Assembly: GCF_018977255.1 (NCBI RefSeq)
Contig: NW_024704743.1
Coordinates: 15,502,001 to 15,566,000, forward strand
Direction: 5' to 3'
DNA: 64,000 bases
From: Callorhinchus milii
Taxonomy: Eukaryota
Part shown: positions 49,462-63,030 of the stretch, piece by piece
Layout: each line of letters opens with the position of its first letter
Numbering within the stretch: position 1 is the first letter of the stretch
Notes under the pieces: model-generated
The model's input: the letters and a program-made list of their open reading frames with translations, nothing else
Told to the model about the DNA's origin: nothing
The model's database searches: none
Program-made: the position numbers and the translations under genes

Positions 49462-51627
49462 TCTTGCCTCGTGTCCTGAGAGACTGCAGTGGATCCAGTC
49501 AATGTTTTACTAGTACTGGCATGAGAGGGCATTATATTCACAAAAGGGTCGCCCAGAAGTGAATGCTCAGGTGCTGTGAAATCACTAACATTTCTGTCAA
49601 TATAGCCATGTTAAAGTTGGTACTTCCCACATCTTTCTCCTCTGGTTTTCCCTCCCTCTCACTCACACTCGTGTACACGCATGAGTGTGCCCACCCCCAC
49701 ACATCCCTACACACCCATCTTTTATTCACATCGTTCTTATTCTGCCTGCGAATTCTGGTACGTTCCTGACTCTCTACTCCCTTTGCTCCACTACTTTTAG
49801 CCATGGCTTTAGCCACCGTGCCCACATCCTCTCAAACTCCTTTGGAAAGCCACTTTGCTTTGTTATCACTCTGCCATTAAATATCACCTTAACTGACCTT
49901 TGGTAAATATGTTTAAATCTCCCCCTTTCCCTGCTTGGAGTCTACTCCTAAATTTGTCAAGTACTTTGAGGCGTTCTGAATCATGAAAGGTGTTGTGTAA
50001 ATGTATTCCTATTATAAGTGTATGGATATATAATATATTGACAGGCAAGCAGCATGTAAATTAAATTCAGTTCCCCTCACAAAAACTTTCCATTTCAATA
50101 CCTCTAAGGCGAAACGGATAGAGATCGGGTTGGCTGCCGGAGCTATTTATTTGGACAGCCACTATAGGATTGAGCAGACAATTGTGTGGTCAATGCAGCT
50201 TCACAGCCCTACTTTCAAATGCTTCAGGGGAAATTAATTATTTTTTCTCTTGCAGCAAATATCGTGAGGCTCCCAGATTTCTATTCAGAGTGGAAAAATA
50301 CAATCATTCTCAACAAGGGCTACATCTGTACAGTTTTTTATTGTACAAAGCAGCTATTAAATTAGATGCTATCAGGATTTTTGTGGATGGTGTGTCCATT
50401 CTTGGAGCAGCTGTTATCAGATCCAACTTAAAAACTTTCAGTTGTGCTTTTGTTACTCCAATTTGCAAGTTATAGATTTGGTAAGAAATAGTTTAAATAA
50501 AAATAGGTTTTCAGGTGGGTTATTTCCCTCACTGTTGAGATTTGCTTCTCTTTGAGATGACAAGGCTATGAACTTTGAAGTGTTCAGCAAATGATTAGAG
50601 CTGCTGAGGAGGGAGCTGAAGGGGTTGGTGGGATTATCTAGTTCCTCTCACTAATGAAACTTCTGTTTGCAGACAGAGGAAGGGCATTAACCAGGCCCCT
50701 CAGTTTTGACCCTCACCAGAACTGCTTTTCTTTTCAGACATTTAGTGGGCAGACGAAGCTCAACTTTAAACGTTATTGTACAGGTTTTCACCTTAAAATA
50801 CTCCTGCCTCAATTTTGGTCCATTAATTTTCCCTATGCCACAGGAATCCTGTGCAGATATTGTGTAAAATCATTTTAGGGTGTCACTCTGGCAGCAATTC
50901 AGTACAATAGCATGCACTTCCATAGCACCTTCATATAAACGAATGGCTCAGAGCGCTTCATAATGGGAGCAGTGGACACCAAGCAAGATGTGTAGGGAAT
51001 TTAGAGGCAAGCAAATGGCAGGGTTCATCTTGAGACCTACCTCTCTTGGTCGTCTTTCCTCTTCCCACCTCACTTGGCTCTCACAGCACTCTGCGTGCCA
51101 TGCCAGTATTAAGTGCCTTGGGACGTCCTCCTGATGTGAAAGATGCTGTTTAAAGCAAATTTGTGTTGTTTGGTTGAAGAGCAAGGTCTTGAGGCTTTTG
51201 AAAGACTGGGATCTTGGTAGTGTTTTTAGCAGAGTTCCAGGGGAGATATCTGTGCTGACGAGGCTCAGATAATGGAGCAGAGGTAAAGTCTAGTCAGAAG
51301 AAGATGCAGGTTAGGATTTAGAGGTTGAGTGAGTTCATAGAGGAATTTGCAAATGAGAACTGGGATCTCAAAATGCGATCAGCTGAGAAACCAGAGCTAG
51401 TGGAGCGTGACAATAACAGGGTGTTGGTAGTTTGCGGGGACTTTGCACAGGAGAGGATTTGTGTCCTCTATCATTTGATGTTTCTGATGAAATCGGGCGA
51501 GCCAGAGTGGAGGACTTTGGAGAAACATATCTTAGTGGTAATGAAGGAGTAGATCATGTTTCAACAGGGGTGGTGAAATGGAAGGATTACTGGGCAAATT
51601 TACTGAGGTGGAAAAATACAATCGTAG

Positions 51628-51860
51628 GGCATTTCATAGTGCTTCATAGGATTTATTGCAATATGTAGTGACTGTGTATTTTGTAAATGAACAAAGCAAT
51701 GTCCCCCAAACAGTCATGAAGTGGATGACCAAATTTATCTTGGGGATGCTTGAGAAGGACACTGGGAGAAACTCCCTTCTCTTTTTGAATAGTGTTATGG
51801 ACTCTTTACATCCACCTAAACAGATAGAAAGGACCTCAGTTTAATGTCTCATCTGAAAAA
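51628..51860 (-). mobile_element. Deu-domain SINE fragment
   Basis: ggacactgggagaaactcccttctctttttgaatagtgttatggactcttta matches the 1100-1452 copy. Confidence 0.7.
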
Positions 51861-52477
51861 TGGAGTCAAGGCTAATGCATATTATGGAGTGACTTGCGTG
51901 TGTGTGTACCAGCAAACATCTCAACAATAATACAGTCTCATTTTGTCCCCGTTTGGCTTCTGTAGCCAAATTACCCTTTCCCCTGCCTGAGGTAACTTAT
52001 TGTGAGAGGTGCACTGTATGAATGGACGTAAATTAGAACTGATCGAGCTGATCACAAATCAACTGTGTGGCCAACAATTTTAGTAGAGAATTCCACATGG
52101 CCATTTTTGGTAATTTTCACTGAAAAGCGCCAAATCAAATCTCCTTCATCTGGATTGGATGCACTTTGTAAAACAATACCGAGCTTCTGTAAGTTATTAC
52201 TTCAGCAGATGTGGAGCTAAGGAAGCACAAAGGATTCTCTTGTATAAAATTATCCACTGGATGGTAAGTCATCCTATATCTCTTTTTTATTAAACCATCG
52301 AGAGTCTAGAAAAGTGGCATGAAGGAGGAGGCAGCGTTGTATTTCAGAACGCCCAAGCGTTTGCTTTCCTTATTGAATTTTTTTTCAGGGCCTCAGTCTA
52401 ACAGTGATCAGTAGTTGTATCTAGAGTGGTATCTTCTATTTTAGCACTCGCTCTGGCACACATTTTCAGAGATAATA

Positions 52478-52822
52478 TTATAGAGACAGTGAAAGGGTTT
52501 GAGAGAATTCATCATGAAACCCACTTTCCATTGGTAGGAAATATGAAGCCACGAGGATATGAATTCAAGATTATGACTACAGGAGTAAAACAAGAGATTC
52601 ACAATAACTTCTTCTTCTAGAGGGTTGTCAGGGTATCTGTTTGAGCAGCCAATTCAGAGCATTTAAAAAGAAACTGGCCAAGGACTTGCAGAAGAAGGAT
52701 ATTAGTGTGTGTGGAGAAAGACAAGCGAATTGGGATTAGGATGGATGGCCTCTGAGAGGAGTACGCAGCAACGCAAAATAATAGGCAGAATAGCCTCCTA
52801 ATTTGTCATTGCAATCTATGGC
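52478..52822 (+). mobile_element. CR1-clade LINE 3' end, highly diverged
   Basis: IIET..GFERI....HFPLVG....RGYEFKI......EIHNNFF..RVV parallels the 19420 copy. Confidence 0.65.
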
Positions 52823-53959
52823 TGTTTTAAAATCTTTTCCATATTAAATCATGCTTAGATGAAATGTTTAGACCGGGAGTCTAATCTGATTGTTAACGTT
52901 CTGCCTGTTTTCCATACTACAGCAGCTTTGCTAGTTAGATGGTAGATAAGACTTTCATGCCAAACTGAACCAAATTTAGGAATCTGACATGTTTGACCTG
53001 TGAAGTATTTAATATTAAGTAAATGAAAGGTCTGTGAACAACATTCTTGTTCTCATTTCAAGGCAGTATAATAGCTTACATTTAATTGTAATTACTGTAC
53101 CTCTTGATTGCTGCAGTTATAAAATCATTGAAATATGTTTTTGTTTAGATACTTAGAAAAGATAAGTTTGGGACTATTTGTTGAGACGTTGAAATGGCAT
53201 TAGTTTTCCTTGTGAAATCTATCTTTTTAATAACTACTGAAAACCCAATGCTGAGTTTAAGAATTTTTAAAAATTCTGCCCAATCCTAAATTTTTGTATA
53301 AGACCTGGGCTTCTTTTGAAAGGACCGGCTTTGGCAGTTATGCCTCCTGTGGTCAAATAGGCTGAAACACTGGAAAGCAAAGTTCATGCGAGAACAATGG
53401 CTGCTTTGCTGATTTAAAGGGTACTTATACAACTGCATCTCAGTAGAAGGGGAGAAAAAAATGGGACAAATCATTCCACACCCAATGTTGGCAAAGGTAC
53501 ACGGGATAGTGATATGGAGTGAGAACAGTGGCTGGTGCATATATTTTATTTTATTCTATTCTATTTTGTCTGCTTTGGGAGTCACTGAGAGCAGTTTAGT
53601 ACAAGAAGGCACCTGGTTAACACAGGTCACAGATGGCTGACACAGCCCAGACCAGGGATAAAAATGGGACCAGCTTGATCTGTTGGTACATTACCATAAC
53701 AGACTGTGCATTTACTCACCTTGCCATTAGAGGGAAGCTTGGCAGTGTTAATTTTTTTTTAATGCCACATACACAGTAATTTATATAAAAAAACATTTTG
53801 TAACAAGAGATTGCTGCAGGATATTGTAGTAATTTTCTAATCATTCATAGTGGCCACATGAAGTAAATTGGGTGATGTTTATTACAAGTGATGACAAGCT
53901 CTGTTATTCTGCTCTCCAATGTCTAGGACTCCTAGCCAGGGATTGTGTCTTTGAGTGGA

Positions 53960-54265
53960 AGCTGTAAGAGTTCTCTGTTCCCTGCAAAGACGGTATAGTG
54001 GGAAGATGTAACAAACGAATAAATGAAGAAAGACATGAAAGAATCAAAGCCCAAGGAGGTCAGATCCATCACAGGCTTAGCGTTCCCTTCAAAGATGCCT
54101 GGTGTAGCCTGGAACAGGTGGCAGTGCAAGACAATCAGAGGAGAAGCATCCGCTAACACTGAGATAAGGGATTCCTGCAGAATCCTGCTATCTAGTCCCT
54201 GCTCACTTTGATGTCGCTCAGCAAGGGAAGACTTTTGGGAGCAGGCTGCTGCATCCTCAATCATA
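53960..54265 (+). mobile_element. Possible DIRS tyrosine-recombinase C-terminal relic
   Basis: TIRGEAS (from 54131) ... AI*SLLT ... FDVAQQGKTFGSRLLH (54207-54254) resembles HSTR..S...AATWSSLHTF...FDV......FGR.VL. Confidence 0.35.
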
Positions 54266-55574
54266 GACTGCAGTTGTTCATCCTTTTAAGGTCTCATTAC
54301 AGTGGTCCTTGAGGATTAATCCTCTTTAAGGTTTACATGGGATGGTTTTGTCTATGGGCCCAGTCGGGACCCTTGGTACCACCTGCAAGAACACAGCCAG
54401 ATTTCTTTTCATTCTCCTCCTGTGAAGTCCATTTTTAATGGAATCTGGCAGAGAACTAAAAGTTTCCTGCTTCTGACTGTCGCAGCATTTCAGTTGAGCA
54501 CAGCTTGAATACTGAAGTGCAGACGTTGAACTATTAGCACTGAATTGTCTTTTTCCGGTGAGACTGTTTACCAAACTATTTCTGGCTGTTATTTCTGGGC
54601 AGGCTGGGGCAGAAACTACTTCTCCAATGTTCCTCATCCTTTTTTTTCCACACACACTCTCACTAGTAACTTTTCTTGATGAATGCAAAATATTTTTTCC
54701 CAAACCATTGGGTCAAAAATGAGTTCGAGCAAAATTCTGTCTGAGCCAGCCACTTAAATAGAAACACATGACCTTAATGTCTAAGTTTAAAATAACGTCT
54801 CTTGGGTTGAACACACTTTCGGTTTACTGCAGCAGTGCTTTCGCCATTTTAAATGAAACATTTTTGTTGGCTTCAGTTGTGATCATATTGTGTTTGTGTT
54901 TCGTATATATCACAGTGAATAATTTGGGTATTGCATAATGGAACGCTTTCTCATTCTCGATGAAGTGTCTGTCTTGGGTCACTCCTTGTTCTCTGCCACT
55001 GTTAAGTGCTCTGGGATGCTACCCTGGGTGAGGGGCACTATATAAATGCAAGTTGTTGTTGTTGGTCAGCTATAACTAAGCATGTGTTTGATGTCGGATA
55101 GATCTTCATCTCTGTGGCCCCTGTTTTGTTTTAATTTTTCTCCATTCTCGGTAACAATTGCCCAATTTCCTCCTTGTCTCCGGAAGTGAGTGATGCATTT
55201 CTTAATCACAACACCTCAAATCCAGGAGTTTTTGCTAATGAGCCGATTACAGACACTGGAACATCAACTTCTGCCTGGCTGTGATCAGCTGGCATGTTTG
55301 TTGGTCACTTTACGAAAAACTCTGTACCCCAAAGACTTGGAATTTATTTTTACAATTAATGTTTCTCTTAAAAAAGGGGCATATTTCATAACCATCAAAA
55401 TCCAGTATTTTCCTTTCTTTTATGCCTGTGATTCATGCTCTTTTAAGATAACCGAGTAAGTAGCCAAGTTGGGGCAATGGGAGAGTTATGTATAAAAAGA
55501 TACTTTTTGCCTGTAATATAGAACCTACAACACTGAAATGTCTCCATATGCTAACTGAAATGGTAATTAAACAC

Positions 55575-58123
55575 TCACCACCAACACCTTATCGTCGACG
55601 AAAACATCGACATTCTTGCCCTCACTGAAACCTGGATCAATCCGGATGACACCTTCTCCCTGACAGAGGCCACACCACACGGCTTCACGTTCCATCATAT
55701 CCCACGACCTATCGTGACGGTGTGACTCTCATCTTCCGGTCCCCACTCGGCCTATCCCCTTAGTCCTCTGGAACCTTCCACTCCTTTCCAACCTTTCCCT
55801 CAAAGATTTCATTATCTATCACCCCCACAAGCCCTCCCCCATCTTCCTCCCCGACATCTTCACCTTGCTATCTTCCCTCTCCCTCCGCTGCGAACGCCTC
55901 CCCATCCGAGGCGACTTCAACCTTCACTTCACCTTCTCCTCCTCTACCTCTGCTGACTTCTCCTCCCTCATCTCCTCCCTCAACCTCTCCCTCCACATCT
56001 ACTCCACCACCCATGTCCGCAGTCATACCCTCGACCTGGTGATTACTTGGGGCCTCATCATCTCGGAATTCACCATCATTGACAAAGCCATCTCAGACTA
56101 TCACTTCATCTCCCTTAACTCCTCAATCCCTCTACCCACCCCCACCCAACCCACCTCCATCTCCTTCTAGCCCTGGAAAAAAAATCTCCCCCCATCTCCG
56201 CTGCCTTGGAGTCATCTGAACTCCTCCCCCTCTGGGCTTCCTCTTGCAATGACCTATCCTCCTCGGTCACTCTGATCCACAGCTCCCTCTCCACCATTCT
56301 TGATACCCTTGCTCCCCTCACTTCCCGAACCTTCTCCTATTCATGAAAGTCACCCTGGTACACTAGCCATCTCCAATCCCTTGAAGCACAGGTGCATGCT
56401 GCTGAACGCACCTGGCTTAAATCAAACTTAATGGTCCATCAGCAGATCTGGCTGGACCTTATCAAATCTTACCACTCTGCCCTCGCCTCCGCTAAATCAT
56501 CGTTCTACTCCAAAACAATCTTGGAGGCCAATGATAACCCGAGACTCCTCTTCTCCATCACCAACCATCTCTTCCGCCCATCCTCTCTTGTCTTGCCCAT
56601 CCTCACCTCCAATGCTAACTGCAAGAAGACGCTGGACTTCCGAGGGGATCTGCTCATCTGCCTCTGCACTTCGTCTGCTACTCCCTCCCCATCTCCCACT
56701 CACATCCTGACCCTTACCCAAACCTCCCTCCACACCTTTGAACCCGTCTTCCCCCCTCCTCTCTCACCAGCACTATAATCCACGTGAAACCGACCACCTG
56801 TTCCCTTGTCCCCATCCCTATCCCTCTCCTTACCTCCCAGCTCCACCTCCTTGCCCCTCTACTCACAGACATCATAAACCTCTCCCTGTCCACTGGTATC
56901 GTTTCCACTCCTTTAAAAACGGCTGTCATCACTCCTATCCTTAAAAAAAATTCAATGGACCCATCCCTGCTCTCAAAGTACTGCCCCATCTCCAACCTCT
57001 CTTTCCTCTCCAAGGACCTGGAATGAGTCATTACTTCCCAGCTTCTCTCCTTCCTCTCCCGCCACTCCCATCACAAACCTCTCCAATCGGGTTTCTGTGC
57101 CACCCACAGCACAGAAACAGTCCTGGTCAAAGTGACAAATGACATTTTGTCCATCTGTGACCAGGGCTCCCTCTGCCTCCTTGAACTCTCTGCTGCCTTC
57201 GACACCGTTGACCCACTTTATCCTCATGCCTCTCCTCTCACCTCAACCTTCATGGTTCTGTCCTTGAATGGTTGAGATTGTACCTTTCACACCGCCTCCA
57301 GCTCATCTCCACAAATGGTTTCTCCTCTAGCTCCCGCACCATCACCATCCATGGATGCACACTCCACCTCACTAAGCCAGTCCGGAAACTTTGGCATCTT
57401 GTTTGACCCTCAACTATCCTTCCTACCCCACATCCGTGCCATGACCCGCTCTGCCTTCACCCATCTCCCCAACATCACCCGGCTCCGCCATTGTCTCACA
57501 CCGCAAGCCGCTGAAACTCTCGTACACACATTCGTAACATCCAGGCTTGACTATGCAAACTCACTGCTTGTCAGCCTCCCCATCTCCTCCCGCCATAGGC
57601 TGCAGATCATCCAGAACTCTGCAGACCGTGTCCTCTCCTGCAGCAGGCTCCGTGACCCTATCATCCCCATCCTCGCCCGACTCCACTGGCTTCTTATCAC
57701 ACAGAGGATACAGTTCAAGATCCTGGTCCTCACCATCAAAGCTCTCCAAGGCTTCGCTCCCCCCTATCTCTGCAATCTCCTAACCCCCTACCATCCTGCC
57801 CTCTCCTTCCGCTCAGCAGGCTGCAGCCTGCATCAGGTCCCTCACCTCTCCCACCCTACCATTGGCGGCAGGCATTCCGTCACTCTGCTCCGACCCTCTG
57901 GAACTCCATTCCACTGTCCCTCCGCCTCGCCCCCTGCCTTGCCTCCTTCAAGACACATCTCAAGACCCTCCTCTTCGACTGTGCTTTCGACCACCTTTCT
58001 TCCCCCTTGCCCTCCACCCTCCCCAATCCCGATCCCCAGCGCAGGTCCGAAACATTTACAGTCCAGCGACTTGGGACGTCCTCCCAACGTGAAAGGCGCT
58101 ATACGAATGTAATTTTGTTGTTG
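55575..58123 (+). mobile_element. L2 LINE covering most of ORF2 (APE endonuclease plus RT), decayed, with the RT core deleted
   Basis: APE motifs IDILALTETW, GDFNLH, HTLDLVIT, ISDYH; RT motifs KTAVITPILKK, PISNLSFLSK, QSGF.A.HSTET, LSAAFDTVD; C-terminus SRLDYANSLL...LHWL; tail gtgaaaggcgctatacgaatgtaat(ttg)n. Confidence 0.95.
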
Positions 58124-60954
58124 CTGAGTGCAGCGCCTGTGTTTGTTGGAGAGACAAGTCCTTGTTTGCATTCAAGGAGGTAACAATCGTGGGGGAGGAA
58201 GAGGTAAGCAGTGTTTCCTTGGAGCTGCACTGGCTCCAAGGTTACATGTTTGGCAATGGAATGTCGGAATCGAGCCAGCCCTCTGTGATGGTCTCGGTAG
58301 TCTGGTTCTTGTGCCAGACGGGTCCGAATTTACATGTGTAGGTGGGATGATTGGAATTTTTAGCTTGGTTTACAATACACTTAAGCATTTGTCAGACACC
58401 CAGCTGACCAAAAATATAGACTAGACACACCAGACAATTTTACAAAAAGGAAAATCCCACAACCAGCTCTGAATGAATGACCCAATTTAACTGAAGGAAT
58501 GTCCATGAAACAAGGAGCATCATGTCCTTCTCAGAGTCTCTACTCATTGAACATCCAAAGGTCACAAGAGAGATAAGGATGAAGAAAGTATCAAGCTGTA
58601 ATCCAGCATCAGCCCAGAAGCTGTATATCCCCCTTCTACCAGACTGTCTGAGCAGTAGGATTTCCTAACTGTTGTTCAGGAAACTGCATTTTGAATGCAA
58701 AGAATTTGTAAAAGGTAATTGTTGATGAGCGTTTAATGGTCGCTCTATTGGTCAAAAGCAAGGACTCCTATCAAAACAAGTCTGACCGTTAAACTTGCTA
58801 ATGTTTATTGAATAAATACAAATGATCATGTAACCAGATGGAGGACAAATCTAAGATTACTGGTCTGTTGTTATCACCAGACAGTAAAATGTTTACCAAG
58901 TTCCACAAGTCCAGAATGGACTATATTAAACTATGTGGTACCTTCTTGGTGTATATATGTATATATATATAACATATTTCTACATTAATAGTCAGAAGTC
59001 CCACCCCTGCTGAAGGTTCCTTTTATGTTTCAATGCAGACTCATTTCAGATTGACGTTAAATTGCATCTCCACTTGCTTCTCTAATTTGAAATTACTGAA
59101 TGAGATTCACACTGTGATCAACAGCCCAGGTGTTAATTGTTTTAGATCAGTTTTAGATCAAAGCGCAAGAGTAGGAACAACAACAACAACTTGCATTTAT
59201 ATAGCGCCCCTCACACAGGGTAGTGTTCCAGAGCGCTTCAACATTGCCATACTGATAGCATCTGCATAATGCACACACACCACCTAAAACTAATGCACAT
59301 CAGTATGAAATGCCATCACGTTCATGGTAGGATTTTCTCATCCGCAAGTGAACAAGAACAGATGATGCTTGGTCGTTCAACATGACACTGTATTTCTTAC
59401 TTTGTTGACATTAGCCACGCACTCAATTGAAAATGGAGTAAATCTCTCAACAGCATCTTTCTTTCTTAATATACTCAGTTTTATTTTAATAGGCAAACGC
59501 ATGCAATTACTTGTAAATTTCTAAAATGTTGGCAGTTATGAACGTCTGAGTAAATCTGGCCAGCTGGGAAAGAATTCTCACCACTCTGGAAGCAGAGCTT
59601 TTGTTCTCAAGCTCAGCATTGCTCAGTCTGGGATAAATCAGAAACGTATTAGATAGATTGCTGCTCCCAAAAGACGCAGTGAAATAACCTTCGCTCCAAG
59701 CCTTTGGGAAATGATCGAACAGTCACGTTCTACTCAAGCTTTCTCTATTAAACAAAGACCTAACTGTGTACAAATTGGTGTGTAACGCAATTTATAAAGA
59801 CGCTACCTCAGAAATGTCTAGCAGATGCGGAGCTATTAAATGAGTTGAATCATCGGGCTTATTTTAGTTAAATAGCTGCGAAGTTTCACCTTTTTCTGCT
59901 GGATGATGATGAATAAACCTTATAAGATTTATGTATTTTTTTAAAAAAGTAGTTATTTGAACTGTGTGAAGCCACCTGTGTTGTATAGTTCACGGGGTGC
60001 AAAAACATAGCCATACCCTTTTGGGGACTAATGACTCACGGCACACTATCTAACTAGACTGTGCAGCCTCCTATTTTGCTTCTGTGGAAAAAGAAAAGGA
60101 GAAACGAACAACTGTCAAACCCATGAAAACAATTACATTTGCTTCCTGTGACTATCATTTGGTCTGGTCACCAATTGTGTAAACATGGTATTGAATCAAC
60201 ACCCAGCTGTTAGTCCTCATCTCTGACCTCCCCCATGTCTCTGTTTCTCATGCTGCCAGAGTTGCAGTGTCCTTCGGCTGGAAGGCTGGAAACATCTATT
60301 GCTCCAGATTTTTTTTCCTCACTTCTGCGAGTCAGCACTCTGCTGAACTAAAAATTGTTTTACTTTAAATTTATCCCTTCTCCCCGAAGATGGCGTGCTG
60401 TGCCACCACAAGGCTCAGTGTTTAGGATTCTTGCCAAGAGCAAGCTGAACTTGACCATTCAACACAGATGCATTTGACTTCCACTTGAGACTGGAGATTT
60501 CCACATGAACAGGAGTTCAGTCCAACACTGTTAGGCCTGCTGGGTGCCCCATCTCTCTTTTTTTCCTTTTGAAAGAACAAAAGTCCTCTCTGAATTGCAG
60601 GAAATTTAAAAGTAAGAAGATGACTGATTTAATTTAAGTATGCCACACACCTAATATATCCCTTGTGTGGAAATTCTTGGTAACTTGCAGCCTCTTAATT
60701 TCCCAGAAATATTCACTGTTAAGAGTTGCTTTTTGAGTTAGAAAATAACTCCATCCTGCTGTGTGACCTCATCCCAGCACAGCAATTTTCAAGCAAGTAA
60801 CCCACAAAATGCAGCTCTGCACTAGGTATGCTTTTGGACATGCTATATCTATAAATGGTAGGGAGTGCATCATCAGAATCTTGACTAGGATCATGCCTCC
60901 GACTGGAACACTTTTTTGGGCCCCAATATTTCTGCTGTATTTGTACTGCACAGC

Positions 60955-61242
60955 CCTGTTGGAGATGCCATCCTTTGGGATGAGATGTTAAACCTCCGTC
61001 CCATCTGCCTATTCGGGTGGATGTCAAAGATCCAGTGACATTATTCCAAAAAAAAAATGCAGTTTCTCCTGGTGTCGTGGCCAACATTGCCCCAGATTAA
61101 AAAGTTGGTCATTTATTTCTTCACTGTTTGTGGGATATTGCTGTGCACAAATTTGCTCCTGGGTTGTTTACAAATACAGTCAGGACACTTCAATACCTTT
61201 TGAAGTGATAAGGCAATAAACCAAATGCAAGACTTATTATTG
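60955..61242 (+). mobile_element. Deu-domain SINE lacking its head
   Basis: ggatgagatgttaaac...gggtggatgtcaaagatccagtgacatt...ttctcctggtgtcgtggccaac core and shared tail. Confidence 0.75.
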
Positions 61243-61307
61243 TACAATTATATATAATAACAAGGTGTTGAAATGTTTCAAAGCGCTTCACAGAATATAC
61301 TGTACAG

Positions 61308-61674
61308 CCACCACTGGCTCCCCATCACCAAACGGATCAAGTTCAAGATCCTCACATTCATGTTCAAATCCAGTCACTCCCTGGCAACCTCTCCGACCTC
61401 CCCACTCCCCAATCCACTACCTGGCACCTCCGTTCGACTGGTACCAGCCTCCTGCTTATCCCTTGCATCCTCCCCTCCACAACTGTGGAACACTCTCCCT
61501 CAATGTCTCCACTTTGCCCCCTCCCCTTTTCAAGTCCTGCCTGACAATCTTCCTTTTCGATTGCATTTACGGTCACCTCCCCCCACTCGGCTCGGAGTCA
61601 AGCTCTGCCATTGTTAAGCGCTCTGAGATGCTACCCTGCATGGAGGGTGCCATATAAGTGCAATTTGTTGTTGT
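61308..61674 (+). mobile_element. L2 3' fragment inserted antisense into a long-subfamily SINE
   Basis: HHWLPITKRIKFKILT...QLWNTLP; (TTG)n tail. Confidence 0.87.
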
Positions 61675-61933
61675 TTAATTGACTGTATATTTTGTGGGGG
61701 AAATGCAGCAGCCAATTGCGCATAGCAGTGCCCCACAAACTATCATGGATTGAGTGAACAAATTATTATTATTTATTTATTTATTCATTTTTGAAGAGAT
61801 TATTACCTCCTGGAAAAGCGATCTGCCAATCGACCCAACAAATGGGTTCCTACTTCCTGCTAGGTAAATAGAGACGTGTGGAGCAAGGAAACTTGCCTAA
61901 GGTTTTGCCCTGCCCGGGAATCGAACCCGAGTC
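61675..61933 (-). mobile_element. Long-subfamily SINE (its 3' piece is at about 61255-61307)
   Basis: Continues the SINE across the L2 insertion; includes the extra internal segment and B box. Confidence 0.82.
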
Positions 61934-62583
61934 ATCATTATTCTTGATGAGAGCAAATCATGGATCTGCTCTGCATTGCTCTTGTGTTGACTACAGCACA
62001 GACTGGGATGAGCAGCTTGTATGCCGTGCTTTGATAAATGGGAATATGGAAGGAAGAGTGGTGGGTCAAAATATCCAGCAATCTTTGTATACTTAGATAT
62101 TTAGCCTGGGAAGCTCCTGCTGCTGAAGAAATATTTGTTCAGATGCTGTTTCTAAGTGAGCATAATGTTGGAGTGTTAATGACCATAAAGGGTATTTATT
62201 TTTGGACTAATTGATTATTGGATCACGGAAATGTATTGCCGAAGCAGTCAAATCTGTTACCTCAATGAATAATCTTTTACATTCTTGAGTGTCTTCAGTG
62301 CATGAGTTTTCTCTCACTATTTTTCTTCCGATTTTTTCCCCTCCTCTCCAAAGCTTTTTGATCTTCATCCAGGTGCTGGTTGCACTTTATACCTCACTTG
62401 AATGGCCCTTATTCATATCAGCCTTGACAGTGAATGTTCACAATGTACAGTATGTACAGACTTTGTTAGGGAATCACCAACAGCTTGATCCTAACCACAC
62501 CTTTCAGCAGGTGTGGTTAACCATCAGGACTATTAAACTTGGCTGATGTCCTCCCTCCCTCCCTCCCTCCCTACCTCCCTCCC

Positions 62584-62885
62584 CAACAACAACAAATTAC
62601 ATTTGTGTAGCACCTTTCACGTTAGAAGGGCCTCCCAAGACGCAGGACAGTCAGGCATCCGCACCCGAGCTGGTGGTTGAGATCATGCGGCATGCAGGGT
62701 TGGGTAAGAGGGTGACCAAAGGCATGGTCGAAGGGGAGGTCTTGAGATGGATCTTGAAGGAGGCAAGGGAAGGGGCGAGGCGGAGGGACTATGGGATGGA
62801 GTTCCAGAGGGTGGGGGCAGAGAGGCTGAAGGCCCACCCGCCAATGGTAGGGCAGGCAAAGAGGGCGTCGTGAAGCAGGCCGGGG
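62584..62885 (-). mobile_element. L2 3' fragment adjacent to a (CCCT)n tract
   Basis: caacaacaacaaattacatttgtgtagcacctttcacg tail; body similar to the 6995-7470 copy. Confidence 0.88.
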
Positions 62886-62937
62886 AGAATTGTAGTATCC
62901 CAAGACAATTATAGTATTCCAATTGTTCTCCATTCAA

Positions 62938-63030
62938 CGATCAGCACAAACTGGGTTTGAACCTGCAACCTTATGGTCTGCATGCCTGTCTTCTGCTGCA
63001 GTGGGCAGTGCCTTTACCCACATGGCCATC
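62938..63030 (-). mobile_element. Head fragment of a different tRNA-derived SINE (LF-SINE-like)
   Basis: Reverse complement ...tgggtaaaggcactgc...cagaccataaggttgcaggttcaaacccagtttgtgctga has a B-box-like GGTTCAAACCC. The family assignment is from memory only. Confidence 0.35.
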
